From an uncultured virus (IMG/VR IMGVR_UViG_2061766007_000461) (taxonomy: Duplodnaviria; Heunggongvirae; Uroviricota; Caudoviricetes), in IMG/VR virus record IMGVR_UViG_2061766007_000461: DNA of 56,969 nucleotides, one strand, 5' to 3'. The position numbers and the translations under genes were made by a program. Below the pieces are notes generated by a model. The model saw only the letters and a list, made by a program, of their open reading frames with translations, was not told the origin of the DNA and did no database searches. Positions 38,684 through 49,379 of this stretch are shown piece after piece. Position 1 is the first letter of the stretch, and every line of letters starts with the position of its first letter.

Positions 38684-39765
38684 GCTCCCGCCGTTTCAAC
38701 AGCGGACGCAATGAACAGGCTGTTGGGATTGTACAGCACGGGCATGAACAGGGTGGAAGCTTTCGTCCACAGAACAGTCGGATCATGTTCAGCCCACTGG
38801 GTGATCGTGATGTACGGGCTTTCGGAGCTTCCGGAAACGGCATTGTTGATCTCCACGCCGCTGTCCGCTTCAGGCGGGTCACCCCACAGGCCATCGCCAA
38901 GCTTGGAACCGCCATTGGGAGTCCCGAAGAAGGTAATGCCGTTCACAGGGAAGTACCGCACAGCCTTGATCTTGGGTCTGCCGTTCGCATCGAAACCGTC
39001 CGGCAGTCCGTAGGTCGCATCGTTCACAATAACGTTGGTCAGGCCATACTCTTCCGTCAGGTAAGCACGCAGAGCGGAAGTAGCCAGCAGACTGTCATTC
39101 AGGGAGCCGTTGATAGCTTTCTGAATCGCCGAATTTTTCCGGAACTTGGTCAGCGTAGCACGGGACAGCATAAAGCCGTTCAGGGTTACACCAGCGTCAC
39201 GTGCGGCCTGAACAAGGTTCTCAAGCTGTACATCCACCGGGTCAGTAGCTACGGAACCGAAGTCAATGGTAAGACCCTTCTGGGCTTCCGGTACGCCATA
39301 ATCCACGGTCAGATCAAGGTCATTTTCCTTGATGGTAACCTGACCAGTAGCCATCAGCTCGTTCTTCGCAACCTTCGTGCGGGTGATAACCTGTTCAGCC
39401 AGACGGATACCGTCATTGATGACATAGTCATACATCTGGTCATTCTGAACGCCAGCACGCAGGAGCGCACGCATTCTTTCGGACTGATCCAGCTTGACCT
39501 TGATCAAGCCCTTCTCAATATTGTGGGTATCCACGGGCACCCGGAAAGTCTTCTGGGCTTCCGTATCAAAGCCGTGGAACTGAGCCATCAGCGGAACCTG
39601 ATACTCAGCCGCAATAGATTCCCAATACGCCATCAGGTTGTCGGTCTTCACATCACCGAACAGCGTATCAACGGGGTTGGCATCGGGGCGGTTGACTACG
39701 AAAGGAATATCAAGCCAATCCTGCCGGGGGATCAAACCCATGATGTTATTCTCAAAGCGAGGCAT
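38680..39765 (-). CDS. Major capsid protein
   Basis: 361 aa; VDYGVP, G.GLWG.PPE, DP..LWTKAS.LFMP (gpE-like). Confidence 0.85.
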   Translation of the reverse strand: MPRFENNIMGLIPRQDWLDIPFVVNRPDANPVDTLFGDVKTDNLMAYWESIAAEYQVPLMAQFHGFDTEAQKTFRVPVDTHNIEKGLIKVKLDQSERMRALLRAGVQNDQMYDYVINDGIRLAEQVITRTKVAKNELMATGQVTIKENDLDLTVDYGVPEAQKGLTIDFGSVATDPVDVQLENLVQAARDAGVTLNGFMLSRATLTKFRKNSAIQKAINGSLNDSLLATSALRAYLTEEYGLTNVIVNDATYGLPDGFDANGRPKIKAVRYFPVNGITFFGTPNGGSKLGDGLWGDPPEADSGVEINNAVSGSSESPYITITQWAEHDPTVLWTKASTLFMPVLYNPNSLFIASAVETAGA

Positions 39766-39782
39766 ATCTCAATCTCCTTTCA

Positions 39783-40402
39783 TTAAGCTTTGGAGTCAAT
39801 CGTGGCACTGCCATAAGCTACAGCCGCACCAGTCCCGTCCACCGCCGCAACAGCGATCTTGTAACCATCAGTCGCAGTCAGCTCATCCAGCGGGAAAGTA
39901 GCCGCAGTCCACTTCCCAGAGCCAACGGGAAGAACCTCACCCAACGTAACAGTCGGGGCGGCACTCGCATCAATCTTGTACACATAGCTCTCACCNNNNN
40001 NNNNNNNNNNNNNNNNNNNNNNNNNNNNNNNNNNNNNNNNNNNNNNNNNNNNNNNNNNNNNNNNNNNNNNNNNNNNNNNNNNNNNNNNNNNNNNNNNNNN
40101 NNNNNNNNNNNNNNNNNNNNNNNNNNNNNNNNNNNNNNNNNNNNNNNNNNNNNNNNNNNNNNNNNNNAGCCGGGCATATTTCCGGTGGATACATCCACAT
40201 CCTCATACAAGATTCCCTTTGCGGTGGAACCGTTCGCCGGAATTACAGCACCCGCAGGAACGTACTTGCTACCGTCAGCCTTGGTTACAACCTGAGAATG
40301 GCTGGCAGAGATTTCAGCCGTGATTCGCTTGCAATCGGCGTGCGCAAGGAACCATCCGGGCTGGTACAGGGTATTCAGAGCGTCATTCTGAATAAAGCTC
40401 AT
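39783..40402 (-). CDS. Head decoration/cement protein (gapped)
   Basis: DGSKYVPAGAVIP.N...AKGILYEDVDVS.G..PG. Confidence 0.65.
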
Positions 40403-40404
40403 TT

Positions 40405-41001
40405 TTACTCCTCTCCGGCATCATTCGTTTTGATGCCTTGCTGTTTCAAGTGGTTCATATAGATTTCCCTTGCCCTGCTTCCAGCAGAGCCTGTGTTATC
40501 CCGTGGGGGAGTCGCAACGAACTGTTTGCGCTCAGTGCGGGTAACCTTGTAATCTGACCATTCCTCACCAATGCTCTTCTTCAGAGCATCCAGATTCTCC
40601 AGCTTTCCTTCCTTATCCAGCTTCATTTCGGAAAAATCCGTCAGCTTCAGGACAGCCGGAACCCGTTTCTCACTGATGTTCTCATCCAGCAATAGCTGTC
40701 TGTAAGCGGCCTTCACCTTTTCGGTTTCAGCTTCACGGGCAATCTGGGCTTTGTAGTCCTCAAAGGCTTTATGTTCAGCGTTGAACTTTTCTTCAAAGTC
40801 AGCCTTGCCCTCATAGCCTTTCAGCTTGGTTTCAAGCTCCGGGACTTTTTCTGCTTCGGTCTTGTACTTCTGAGCTTCCTGCTCGTACTTGTCCCTCTGT
40901 GCTTTGAGGGCATCGGTCACGCTGGTGTGTTCATCGATGATCGCTTGAATCTGTTCTCCGCTCAAGCTCATCGCTTCAAGGAATTTTCGGGTCAGTGCCA
41001 T
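40405..41001 (-). CDS. Capsid scaffolding protein
   Basis: MALTRKFL..M.L..EQI.AIIDEH, coiled coil; position. Confidence 0.8.
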   Translation of the reverse strand: MALTRKFLEAMSLSGEQIQAIIDEHTSVTDALKAQRDKYEQEAQKYKTEAEKVPELETKLKGYEGKADFEEKFNAEHKAFEDYKAQIAREAETEKVKAAYRQLLLDENISEKRVPAVLKLTDFSEMKLDKEGKLENLDALKKSIGEEWSDYKVTRTERKQFVATPPRDNTGSAGSRAREIYMNHLKQQGIKTNDAGEE

Positions 41002-41167
41002 GTTGTAACCTCCCATTTCTTCGGGGCTGTCCTTCGCCCTACGGAGTTTTTCCAGAGCGGTGCCTTGCTCTTCCTGAATTGTAACTGTCAGAACCCGGAA
41101 AAGTCATTATTACCAATATTCATAAAGCTGAAACGCCACGGAAAACCCAGGATATTCAGCTTTTTGC

Positions 41168-41200
41168 GCAAAAAAAGAACGTGCATTTTTTGCACGTTCC
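41168..41200 (-). terminator. Rho-independent terminator
   Basis: GAACGTGCA/TGCACGTTC stem with T-run on minus strand. Confidence 0.7.
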
Positions 41201-41215
41201 TCTTTCCGGCTGTTC

Positions 41216-41587
41216 CTATTCATGCATGATTTTGTCAATCACGTTCCGATATTCATCCATATGGTTCTCAATCGCCGGACGCAGGAAGGGCTTTGCTGGA
41301 ACCCAGTCTTTCACCAGCCGCTTTCCGATTGCGGGTACATATCGCCCCGGCTCCTGATGGTGACCAAGCTCAACGAACGGGGCATATTCAACCGCAGTTC
41401 CGATCAGTACGGAATCCTTATCAATCTGCTGGTGCGTTATGCTGTTCTTCAGGTTGCTTGTTTTTGTTGGGCAAAGCCGTTTCGCATAGGTTTCCGCTTT
41501 CCCGCCTACAACCTCAAGGATTTTATCCTTTTTCCGCTGTAGTTCCCGGAGACATTCAGGAACCATGTTCTGATACGTGACGCTCAT
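41216..41587 (-). CDS. HK97 gp10-like tail/neck component
   Basis: AKRLCP.KT.NLKNSI...IGT.VEYAPFVELG...AKPFLRPAI. Confidence 0.85.
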   Translation of the reverse strand: MSVTYQNMVPECLRELQRKKDKILEVVGGKAETYAKRLCPTKTSNLKNSITHQQIDKDSVLIGTAVEYAPFVELGHHQEPGRYVPAIGKRLVKDWVPAKPFLRPAIENHMDEYRNVIDKIMHE

Positions 41588-41600
41588 AAGCTCACCGCCT

Positions 41601-43232
41601 TCATTCTTTCTTCACGTTCTTCCCTTTCTTGGAATACAGGCTGATATGAATCGTTCCATCCGGGTCAGTCCAGAATCTTTCAACCCTGAACTCTGATCCC
41701 TTCGGCAAAACAGTCTCCAGATCATCCCTTAAGAACCCATATATACCATCGGATTTCTGGATTTCAAGCATAACAGGAACACCAAACCCGCCAGCATTTT
41801 CAACATCCGTATAGATTCCAGCAATTTTCTTATCCGGAGTTGCCGCACTGAGTGTGTTGAACTCGTACATTTTCCCAAGCTTGAAAACCTCACGGGCATC
41901 TTCAGGTTCCATAACCATACCACGGTAAAGTGTTTTATACTTGGTTTTTGTTTTCTCGCCAATCTTTTGAATGAGTTCCGCTTCAGCCGCAAGCCGCTGG
42001 CGTTCTTCATCGCTGAGTTTCCTCTGATACATATCCTTTTCTGGCATTATCCCAGTTTCAATATATTCACGCATAAGATTGGCTTTCTCATACTCAAACC
42101 AATCTTCAGATGCGCTTTCGCTTGTAACGGCTTTCCTTACCTCTTCCGGGATTTCAAATTCAGGTTCTTTTTTCTCTTCCTTCACTTCAGGCTCTTCACG
42201 CTTCTCAGGTTCCTCTTCCTTCGGTGGTCTGGGAACTTTCTGGAATTCAGGCCTGTTCTCTTCCTTCCAATCCTTCCACTCATCATAGGTCATATCCTCA
42301 ATCTCTTCACCCGTCTCCTGATCCCGCCGCTTCCCGTTCCCGTCTGACTCATAGTCCACGTAAACGCTTCCAAGCGTACAGCGGCAATTCCAAACGTTGG
42401 CTGGCTCTGCGTCCGGGTCACCGGGAAACATGATATCACCAAGGATTGAAGAGAAGGGTTCATCCACTTCAGCGGTCTGCCCGTCAAGGTGCTGGTGACT
42501 GTCTCTTGTCCGGCTGTCCAGCGTGGCAATCCACTCTTTCTTCACGTGTAGCCCCATATCCGTAGCCCGGTGCATGGTTTCTATCCGTCCGGAGTTCTGC
42601 GCACAGGTCATAGCCGTTCTGGCGTACAGCATCATGTGGGTATTGTTCCGGTCGCAGGTGTCACGGGCTATCCGCTCTGCGATCTTCGGGATGGATTCGC
42701 CCTGAATAATCCCCTGTGCTATGCTGTTGGAAATTATTCCCTGATTCCATGCCTTATCCTTCCGGCTTTTCCAAGTACTCCGCTTCAGCAGTTCCGGCTT
42801 TTCCTGAATTAAGCGTCTGACGGTGGTTTCATCGTAGATATCAAAGCTGATCCCGGCATTGTGCTTCTGTCCGTCTTTTTCCAGCATATAGGACTGGTAA
42901 TTGCTGTTCTCAGCGAAAACCTTGTACTGCTCTCCCCGGATCATAGCCAGAGCTTTCTGGTTGGCTTCCGTCAGCGTCCCGGTTACCTCATCAAGCTTCG
43001 CATCCCACCGCTTCCCGATGAATACCTGACCCTGTTTCCAGTTGTCGAACCAGCTTTGCGTCAACAGTCCGGCTTCAACCTTTTTCTCATACAGCTTTTC
43101 CCGTGCCGCACTCCCCGCCAGAAAATCCTTCAGTTTCTTCTCAAGGTTCTTCTGCGCTTCCCGGTACTGCCGCCGCAACCGCCTGTACAGGATACGCCGT
43201 TGCCGCTCAGTGTACTCAGCTCCGTAATCCAT
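41601..43232 (-). CDS. Minor head protein (MuF/SPP1 gp7) with C-terminal ADP-ribosyltransferase-like domain
   Basis: KEWIATLDSRTRDSH..LDG...FPGDP....NCRC; C-term LYRG..TLSAAT...ETVLPKGSEFRV. Confidence 0.85.
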   Translation of the reverse strand: MDYGAEYTERQRRILYRRLRRQYREAQKNLEKKLKDFLAGSAAREKLYEKKVEAGLLTQSWFDNWKQGQVFIGKRWDAKLDEVTGTLTEANQKALAMIRGEQYKVFAENSNYQSYMLEKDGQKHNAGISFDIYDETTVRRLIQEKPELLKRSTWKSRKDKAWNQGIISNSIAQGIIQGESIPKIAERIARDTCDRNNTHMMLYARTAMTCAQNSGRIETMHRATDMGLHVKKEWIATLDSRTRDSHQHLDGQTAEVDEPFSSILGDIMFPGDPDAEPANVWNCRCTLGSVYVDYESDGNGKRRDQETGEEIEDMTYDEWKDWKEENRPEFQKVPRPPKEEEPEKREEPEVKEEKKEPEFEIPEEVRKAVTSESASEDWFEYEKANLMREYIETGIMPEKDMYQRKLSDEERQRLAAEAELIQKIGEKTKTKYKTLYRGMVMEPEDAREVFKLGKMYEFNTLSAATPDKKIAGIYTDVENAGGFGVPVMLEIQKSDGIYGFLRDDLETVLPKGSEFRVERFWTDPDGTIHISLYSKKGKNVKKE

Positions 43233-43235
43233 CGG

Positions 43236-44678
43236 TTATTCCTCCGCTGGCTGTTCTTCGGCTTCCTTCTCTTTTTCCTCTTCCTCTTCCCCAAACCGCT
43301 CTTCAGACTCAAGTCCCTTCCGGGCAAGGATTCCGTCAACCTCATCAATCGTCACGAAAGGAAGCTTTTTCAACAGCGTTTCATCATCCAGATACTGAGC
43401 CGCCATCATAATCATCTGGGTTTCTTCCAGCTCATTGCTGATCCGGTTCCTGTCGAATACCGGATAATCCTCAATCCCAACCAGCGCAAGAATCTGCTGA
43501 ATGAACAGGTTCACCTGATATTCAAATGCGTCCGCTTCTTCATCCATCGCCTGATACGCCGCCCGAATCTGCGTTGCGGTCACGTTCTGGCTCTGAATAT
43601 TGTCCACATCAATAATTCCATAGTCCCGGTATATGCTGTTCTTTATTCGATTCAGGCACGCTTCCCGGCTGTTGAAAGGAATTTCCTGAGCGTAAGGCGT
43701 GATCTGGCTGTTGCTCTCATCGGCTACCACGATATGCTGAAGCAACATCCGGTCACGCAGTCGGGCAATATCGCCCTCATCCATTCCAGCGGCATTGTTG
43801 ATAATCCAGTAAACCTGTGCGCATTCAGACAGGTCATTGGCATATCCGCTGTGGATCAGGTCATAAGCATCAATATTTGCCCTCATTCCAACAAGCGTAC
43901 TCTGCTTCGCCCGATTCCCGTACATCACGGCAATCGGAATGGTCGGAGTATCGCCAACCAGATAGTTCTCCCCGCCTATGATCTCATCCCCGTCCGCTTC
44001 ACTGTGCTGAACGGCTTCCTTGTACGGTCTTTTCGGCTCAACAAGCTCCAGCGCACCAAGCCCGTATTTATTCTTTGCGGTCATATAACGGCTGTAACCG
44101 TCTTCCTCATACAGGTCAACGATAATCGGCCTTTTCTTCCAATCCAGTGACCAGAAGCGCATACCCGCACGGATTTTCCCGGTCACCTCATCCTGAAGCG
44201 GCAGGAACTCCGTCATCGGGAAAATGTAATACTCCCCATCATTGAAAAAGCAATAGCACCGTCCGTGTTCAGTCGCATAAAGGGCTGTCCGGAACAGCGC
44301 ATCGTCAAAATCGTTTCCAAGGGCTTCCTTGGTGCTATCCTTCCATTCCACAGTCATGTCCGGCTTCCGGACTTGTTCCTTGGAGGAAAAGCTCACCCCG
44401 TTGCCCAGCGAGTAAGCTACCCTTGCAGTGTTGAGCCGATGAAAAAAGTTACTGGCAATCCGGTTGTTCGTGCTGGTAAAATCAGGGGTTCCCACGCCAG
44501 TAATGTCATAGACCATCCGCACGTATTCGTTGATCGTGATATTCTTCTGCTTTTCGTATTCGTCTGCGTCCAGAGCGAGCTTGTATTCATCGCTCTTCAT
44601 GTACTGCCCGATTGCCTGACCGATCCATTTTGCCCGGTCTGCTTCGTGCTGTTCAAAATCCTGAAATGTGATAATCAA
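43236..44678 (-). CDS. Portal protein (SPP1 gp6-like), phage A
   Basis: RIASNFF, IDAYD...S..AND, TATQIRAAY; follows TerL. Confidence 0.88.
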   Translation of the reverse strand: MIITFQDFEQHEADRAKWIGQAIGQYMKSDEYKLALDADEYEKQKNITINEYVRMVYDITGVGTPDFTSTNNRIASNFFHRLNTARVAYSLGNGVSFSSKEQVRKPDMTVEWKDSTKEALGNDFDDALFRTALYATEHGRCYCFFNDGEYYIFPMTEFLPLQDEVTGKIRAGMRFWSLDWKKRPIIVDLYEEDGYSRYMTAKNKYGLGALELVEPKRPYKEAVQHSEADGDEIIGGENYLVGDTPTIPIAVMYGNRAKQSTLVGMRANIDAYDLIHSGYANDLSECAQVYWIINNAAGMDEGDIARLRDRMLLQHIVVADESNSQITPYAQEIPFNSREACLNRIKNSIYRDYGIIDVDNIQSQNVTATQIRAAYQAMDEEADAFEYQVNLFIQQILALVGIEDYPVFDRNRISNELEETQMIMMAAQYLDDETLLKKLPFVTIDEVDGILARKGLESEERFGEEEEEKEKEAEEQPAEE

Positions 44679-44842
44679 TCCTGTTCGCCGCCTTTCGTCA
44701 TTTCGCTGAGAAACCTGTTCACCTTTTCCATTCCGTCCTTTTCCTTCAACAGCCCGTGAATCACGTCCAGCTGTTCCCGGCTCAGAAGCACGGTTTCAAG
44801 CTGTGCTTCCAGCCTTTCCTCAAGTTCTTCCCTGTCCGGCAT
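44675..44842 (-). CDS. Small hypothetical (55 aa)
   Basis: Manual translation MPDREELEERLEAQLE..., RBS GAAGG; stop overlaps portal start. Confidence 0.5.
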   Translation of the reverse strand: MPDREELEERLEAQLETVLLSREQLDVIHGLLKEKDGMEKVNRFLSEMTKGGEQD

Positions 44843-44847
44843 CCTTC

Positions 44848-46136
44848 TCACCGCCCGAAAATTGATTTATATTCAACTCCGCTCTTGGAGTCAAACCAGC
44901 GGCAGACCACGCTTGCGCTGTCCGGTGCGTCATCGTGTTCTGCATCCTCCGTAAAATCCATAATTTGGTTGATATACTCTCTGTCCGTTCCTCTCAGCCA
45001 GATGATATCCGTCCACCATTTCCGCAGAAAAGTGGCGATTTTCACCACCTTGTTTTCCTTCTCCGGATAATCCAACGCCTTCACGCCCATCTTCCGGATT
45101 GTAGAAGCCAGAAAGCCTTTATCTGCGTTGCTCTCGCACAGTATCGGGGCGCACATCAGCCGTTTCGATTCCGCTGTTATAATATCCAGCACCGTATCCA
45201 CATGGTTGTGCCAGATTCGCCCGTACATATACAGCTTGTTCCCTCTCCGCTTCCCGCAGGTAAACGCAGTGTAATCCTCACCTCCGTAAGCCGCATCCAC
45301 GTGCGCTATTCCGTCCCGCAGAAGCTCCTCATCATCCGTAAACTCCGGAGGAACAGTGAACAGCGCATTTTCGGCGGCTATATGCTCCAATTCATAGTTG
45401 GCGGCAAACAGTGACGGAGCCNNNNNNNNNNNNNNNNNNNNNNNNNNAGCTTGTCCCTGTCTATCAGTCCGGTGGAATAGCAGTCATATTTCAGCGGTTT
45501 CGGCATCAGCGCAAAAGCGTCATCTTTATGCCACGGGGTTCCCGTGTTCACAATCGTACAGCCATAATTCCGGTTCTTCACGTTCTGAATTTCCTGATAT
45601 ACGGCTCTGGTATGTTCCCTCTCCGCACGGCTCTTCCGGTCATCCAGATTCACGATATCGTCAGTGAGAATCTTGTCAGCGTGCTTTCCTGTGATGCTTC
45701 CCTTGATACCGATTCCCAACAGCTGGGATGCACCTTTCGGGGCTGTATAATTGCTTGTTGTAATCTCGCTCCCAGTGCTTTTCAGTAACACCAGTTCCCG
45801 GCCTGTCATCGCCCGGTACAATTCCTGTGTAACCGGGTGAAGCAATATCCGCTCAACGCTCTTGATGACTTCCTCAATATCCTTATCCGTTTTCCGCATG
45901 AAAATCATGTTCTGATCTCCCCGAAGAATCATATTTTCGGACAAGTATATTTCATCGCAGGTTGTCTTGAAGCTTCCACGGTGACTCTGTATCGTCAGGT
46001 CTTCCTTTGAAAAAAGCATCTTCCGAATCCATTCACCGTGCAAGTCATCCCGCAAGTCTGGAAACCCCAGCATTTGCCCGTACTGCGCTGGCTTTTCCGT
46101 CAAAAAGCGGTAAGCGGTTTCGGCATCTGGGTTCAT
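44848..46136 (-). CDS. terL: Terminase large subunit, phage A (gapped)
   Basis: HRGSFKTT, ILTDDI, GTPWH.DD, HVDAAYGG.D, HDDAPDS. Confidence 0.93.
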
Positions 46137-46549
46137 GCGTTCGTCTGCTCCATTCTTCTCCGGATTTCTTCCATGACAGTCGGGTCAGGCATATTCACAT
46201 TCACGGTTTCCGCTGGCTTTTCTCCCAACAGCCCCAAAGCGATCTCAACCATTCTGGCGTTTCCGTTGTTCGCTCCCTTGAAGATTGACATGGCAATAAT
46301 CTCAGCCCCTGACATTTTATTGCCCTTGTCATCCGTGAACTCCTGCGTCAGCCGTTCCTTGAAAGCTTTCGCAATTGACCGTTTTTCCCGTAATGACTCC
46401 ATAGCTTTCTTCTGGTATTCCCGTGCGTTTTCCGGTGTGATCGGCCTGTGCTTCGGAGTCGGAACCCCGTTCACTGGTGATATCGGGTTCCCGTCAGCGT
46501 CCCGTGTTCCGTTCTGAAACTCCTTGCCAGTTTTTGATCTCTTTGCCAC
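46133..46549 (-). CDS. terS: Terminase small subunit, phage A
   Basis: Directly upstream of TerL; A..G...A....LGEKP pattern. Confidence 0.7.
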   Translation of the reverse strand: MAKRSKTGKEFQNGTRDADGNPISPVNGVPTPKHRPITPENAREYQKKAMESLREKRSIAKAFKERLTQEFTDDKGNKMSGAEIIAMSIFKGANNGNARMVEIALGLLGEKPAETVNVNMPDPTVMEEIRRRMEQTNA

Positions 46550-46562
46550 TCTCTCACCCCTC

Positions 46563-47885
46563 TCACAGCTTCTTCAGATCATAGTCCATATTGGTTGTCG
46601 GCTGGAACGTAACCCCCGGATTGTAGCGGTAAATGATGTTCTTATCCTCATCCAGCCCGTCCGGAANNNNNNNNNNNNNNNNNNNNNNNTATACGGGCTT
46701 TGGCCTTGAGTCGGGTCATTCCAAAGGTAATGGAGGAAGTCTTTCATCGTCATATCCGTGAATCGGGTCATCCTCTCACAGCTGGATCTTGCTATCTGGC
46801 ATTCTGTTGCCCTGTTTGCGTTGAAGTTCAGGAAATACATATCCGGCTCAATATCTTTCCACTGGACTTTCCCGGTCTTCTTTGCGATCTGTAACGCCGC
46901 AGAAAAGTTTCCCCGACTGTAATTCCAATCCGGATTCAGCGCACAGCAACAACAGTTGTCAGAACATTCCTTGAAGTGAGCGTCACTCACATAGAATCTC
47001 AGCCCAAGCTCCTTACACAATTCCTGCATTTTCCTGATGTAAGGCTCCTTGATCTTTCGGTTCAGCCGTAAATATCCGCTTCCTGCGCTGTGCTTTCGGT
47101 AAAAGTCAACGATATCAAAGCCGCAAACCTCACTGATTGTATTGTAGTGTTCCCGTGCGTGGTTCACGCTTCTCATCTCAAGGCAAAAGAACTCTGTGGT
47201 CACTGCTGAAGCTCCGGCTTTCGCCGCTTCCCGTATCAAATCAAGGTACGTTTTATCTGTCACGCCGATTATGAACGGACGCAAGCGTAGCGTAGCCCCG
47301 CCCTTACTCAGCTGAGTGTATTCGTGCATAGCCGCCAGCCGTTCCCTTGGCGAAGGAACACCAACCTCAATTCTCCGGGCGGCTTCCTCATCCAGCGTAA
47401 TGATGGAGAACTTCATGTTCCAGTTGTCCGCTCCCCGGAACAATTCCCGGTATTNNNNNNNNNNNNNNNNNNNNNNNNNNNNNNNNNNNNNNNTTCGTGC
47501 TGAAACAGATTGGATAATTGATTTCCTTCAGAAATTTCAGCAGTTCATAGGTCTTCCCGTACTTCCGCTCATATCCGTCAAACTGATCTGACAGCCCTCC
47601 GAACTGAATTGGCCTACGGTCTTTCACGTATTCATAGAACTGGTTGTTCTTATCCTGTCCAGAAAGAATGCGCTTTACTTTCTCTATGTTTATGCTTCTG
47701 ACGCTCTTACTCAGATACGCTTCTTTCGTTGATCCAGTTCCCCGCTGATATTGGGAAAAGCAGTAGACGCACCCGAAGGAACAGTTGCTGTACGTGTCCA
47801 GCGTCATAGGCAAGGAGCAATCCGTTATTTCCCCTGTCCACCGGGGTGAATTATAGTTCTCCAGAATCTCAAGCCCCTTTTTCAA
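46563..47885 (-). CDS. Radical SAM protein (SplB-like), gapped
   Basis: LDTYSNCSFGCVYCF, GGLSDQF, EVGVPSPRERL, LRLRPFIIG; C-term ...DYDLKKL stop at 46563. Confidence 0.85.
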
Positions 47886-48846
47886 CTCCTGTCAGCCCCC
47901 TTTCTAACCACAGCTTTTTACGCTCTTTGCGGATTCCTGCCCATCCGTTCAGTTCCCCCAATAGATGATTTGGGAAAATCTCCTTGCGCAAATCGTAGCA
48001 TTTACGCCACAAAGAACAGTATTCAGGAAAATCCGCTTCATATTGCCGAATTACGCCCAGTTCCCTGTCATGGTGAAACCCTCCGTACCGTGCCGCCTTG
48101 AACAGATTCCGGAAAGAACAGATTTTTCCAATGAAAACTGAAATATCATTATCCTGTTCCGGGTACGTTCTCTTTATCTCCTCCTGAATTTTCAAAAGCT
48201 CACAGCTCAATTCAATTTTATCCCTTGTTGATACTCTGTGTTCTCTATCAAACAAATTTGCTTTTTCATCCTGATACATAATATTGAACAGCCCGGAAGT
48301 CATATTGGCGCAATTTTTCCAATCCAAGACAGTTGACCCTTTTATATCCAACTGGAACCAATCCCTCAAATATTCAAAGCAATCCACAAACCTATACGCA
48401 GAAAAATGCCCCACAAACTTTATTTTGCACAATTCCGAAAGAATATTGTTATACGTTTCTTCTGGATTCTTTCCCTTCAACGATAGTATCCATTCATATG
48501 GAATCCCATGTGTTTTCTGCTTCCATTCTGTCATAAGCGGAACGAACCAATTCAGATTCTTCACACGCCTTCTCGCAGACCCAAAGTTCAGTTTTTCCCT
48601 ATACTTTCCCCATATGACCTCCGGGCTTTCTTTCATTTCAGAAATAAGCAACGCCGTTATTTCATTGTATGTCACAGAAAGAAGCCATATCAGCTCAACA
48701 GCTTGTTCCTTGCTTACATTATACTTTTTTATCCATTCTCCCAAAAAACGGCAATCAATTGACGGAACCTCATGCTGATATTCCACAAACTTTCTCAATC
48801 TGTATGTTTGCCCGTCATCGTGCGGAATATGATACAAATCACTCAT
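47869..48846 (-). CDS. Amino acid:DNA transferase-like (aGPT-Pplase2 family) protein
   Basis: W...TYN, FGSARR, HhH-like KFVGHFSAYRFVD, C-term ICSFRNLFK..RYGGFHHDR. Confidence 0.65.
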   Translation of the reverse strand: MSDLYHIPHDDGQTYRLRKFVEYQHEVPSIDCRFLGEWIKKYNVSKEQAVELIWLLSVTYNEITALLISEMKESPEVIWGKYREKLNFGSARRRVKNLNWFVPLMTEWKQKTHGIPYEWILSLKGKNPEETYNNILSELCKIKFVGHFSAYRFVDCFEYLRDWFQLDIKGSTVLDWKNCANMTSGLFNIMYQDEKANLFDREHRVSTRDKIELSCELLKIQEEIKRTYPEQDNDISVFIGKICSFRNLFKAARYGGFHHDRELGVIRQYEADFPEYCSLWRKCYDLRKEIFPNHLLGELNGWAGIRKERKKLWLERGLTGVEKGA

Positions 48847-49379
48847 TGATAATCCTCTTCAGCCTGTTCAGGACAGCCGCCTTGTCATTCTTTTCGGTAT
48901 CGCAGAAAATAACCTTTGCGCCGATCTCCCCGGCCTTTTTCGTGGACAGGATCACCCCTCTGGCTTTACCACGCATAGCGTCATAGTTTGCGTCCACGTT
49001 CCCGCTCCGATTCAGCACCCGGTTGCAGGAGCATTCCAGACTGGCAATCAGAGCCATAAGGTAATAGTCATAGCCAACCCCGTCAGCCGCTTTCTTCAGC
49101 NNNNNNNNNNNNNNNNNNNNNNNNTTCCGGCCTGTTTCGCTGGATGATGGCTACAATCGTCTTGATGAGTTCATCGCCAGAATAATTCCCAGCATCAACG
49201 CCGCAACAATTGCGATCATTATACTTACCGACAACCGCAACCCTCCCATCAAACCACCATTCCCGGGAAATACCGGAAACTTCCTGATTGAGTTTCAGGA
49301 AGTTCCCGGAAGAAAGCAAGCCCTTCACCAGCGTGGTTTTCCCAACGCCGTTCGTGCCGCATATCTGGATTATTTTCAT
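48839..49379 (-). CDS. P-loop nucleotide kinase (gapped)
   Basis: IIQICGTNGVGKTT, GKY....CGVD, R...RSG lid. Confidence 0.8.

Noticed and set aside
44848..47885. Pseudogenes or introns in terL and radical SAM (likewise ardC, TMP, portal B)
   Set aside because: All frame breaks coincide with N gaps of estimated length
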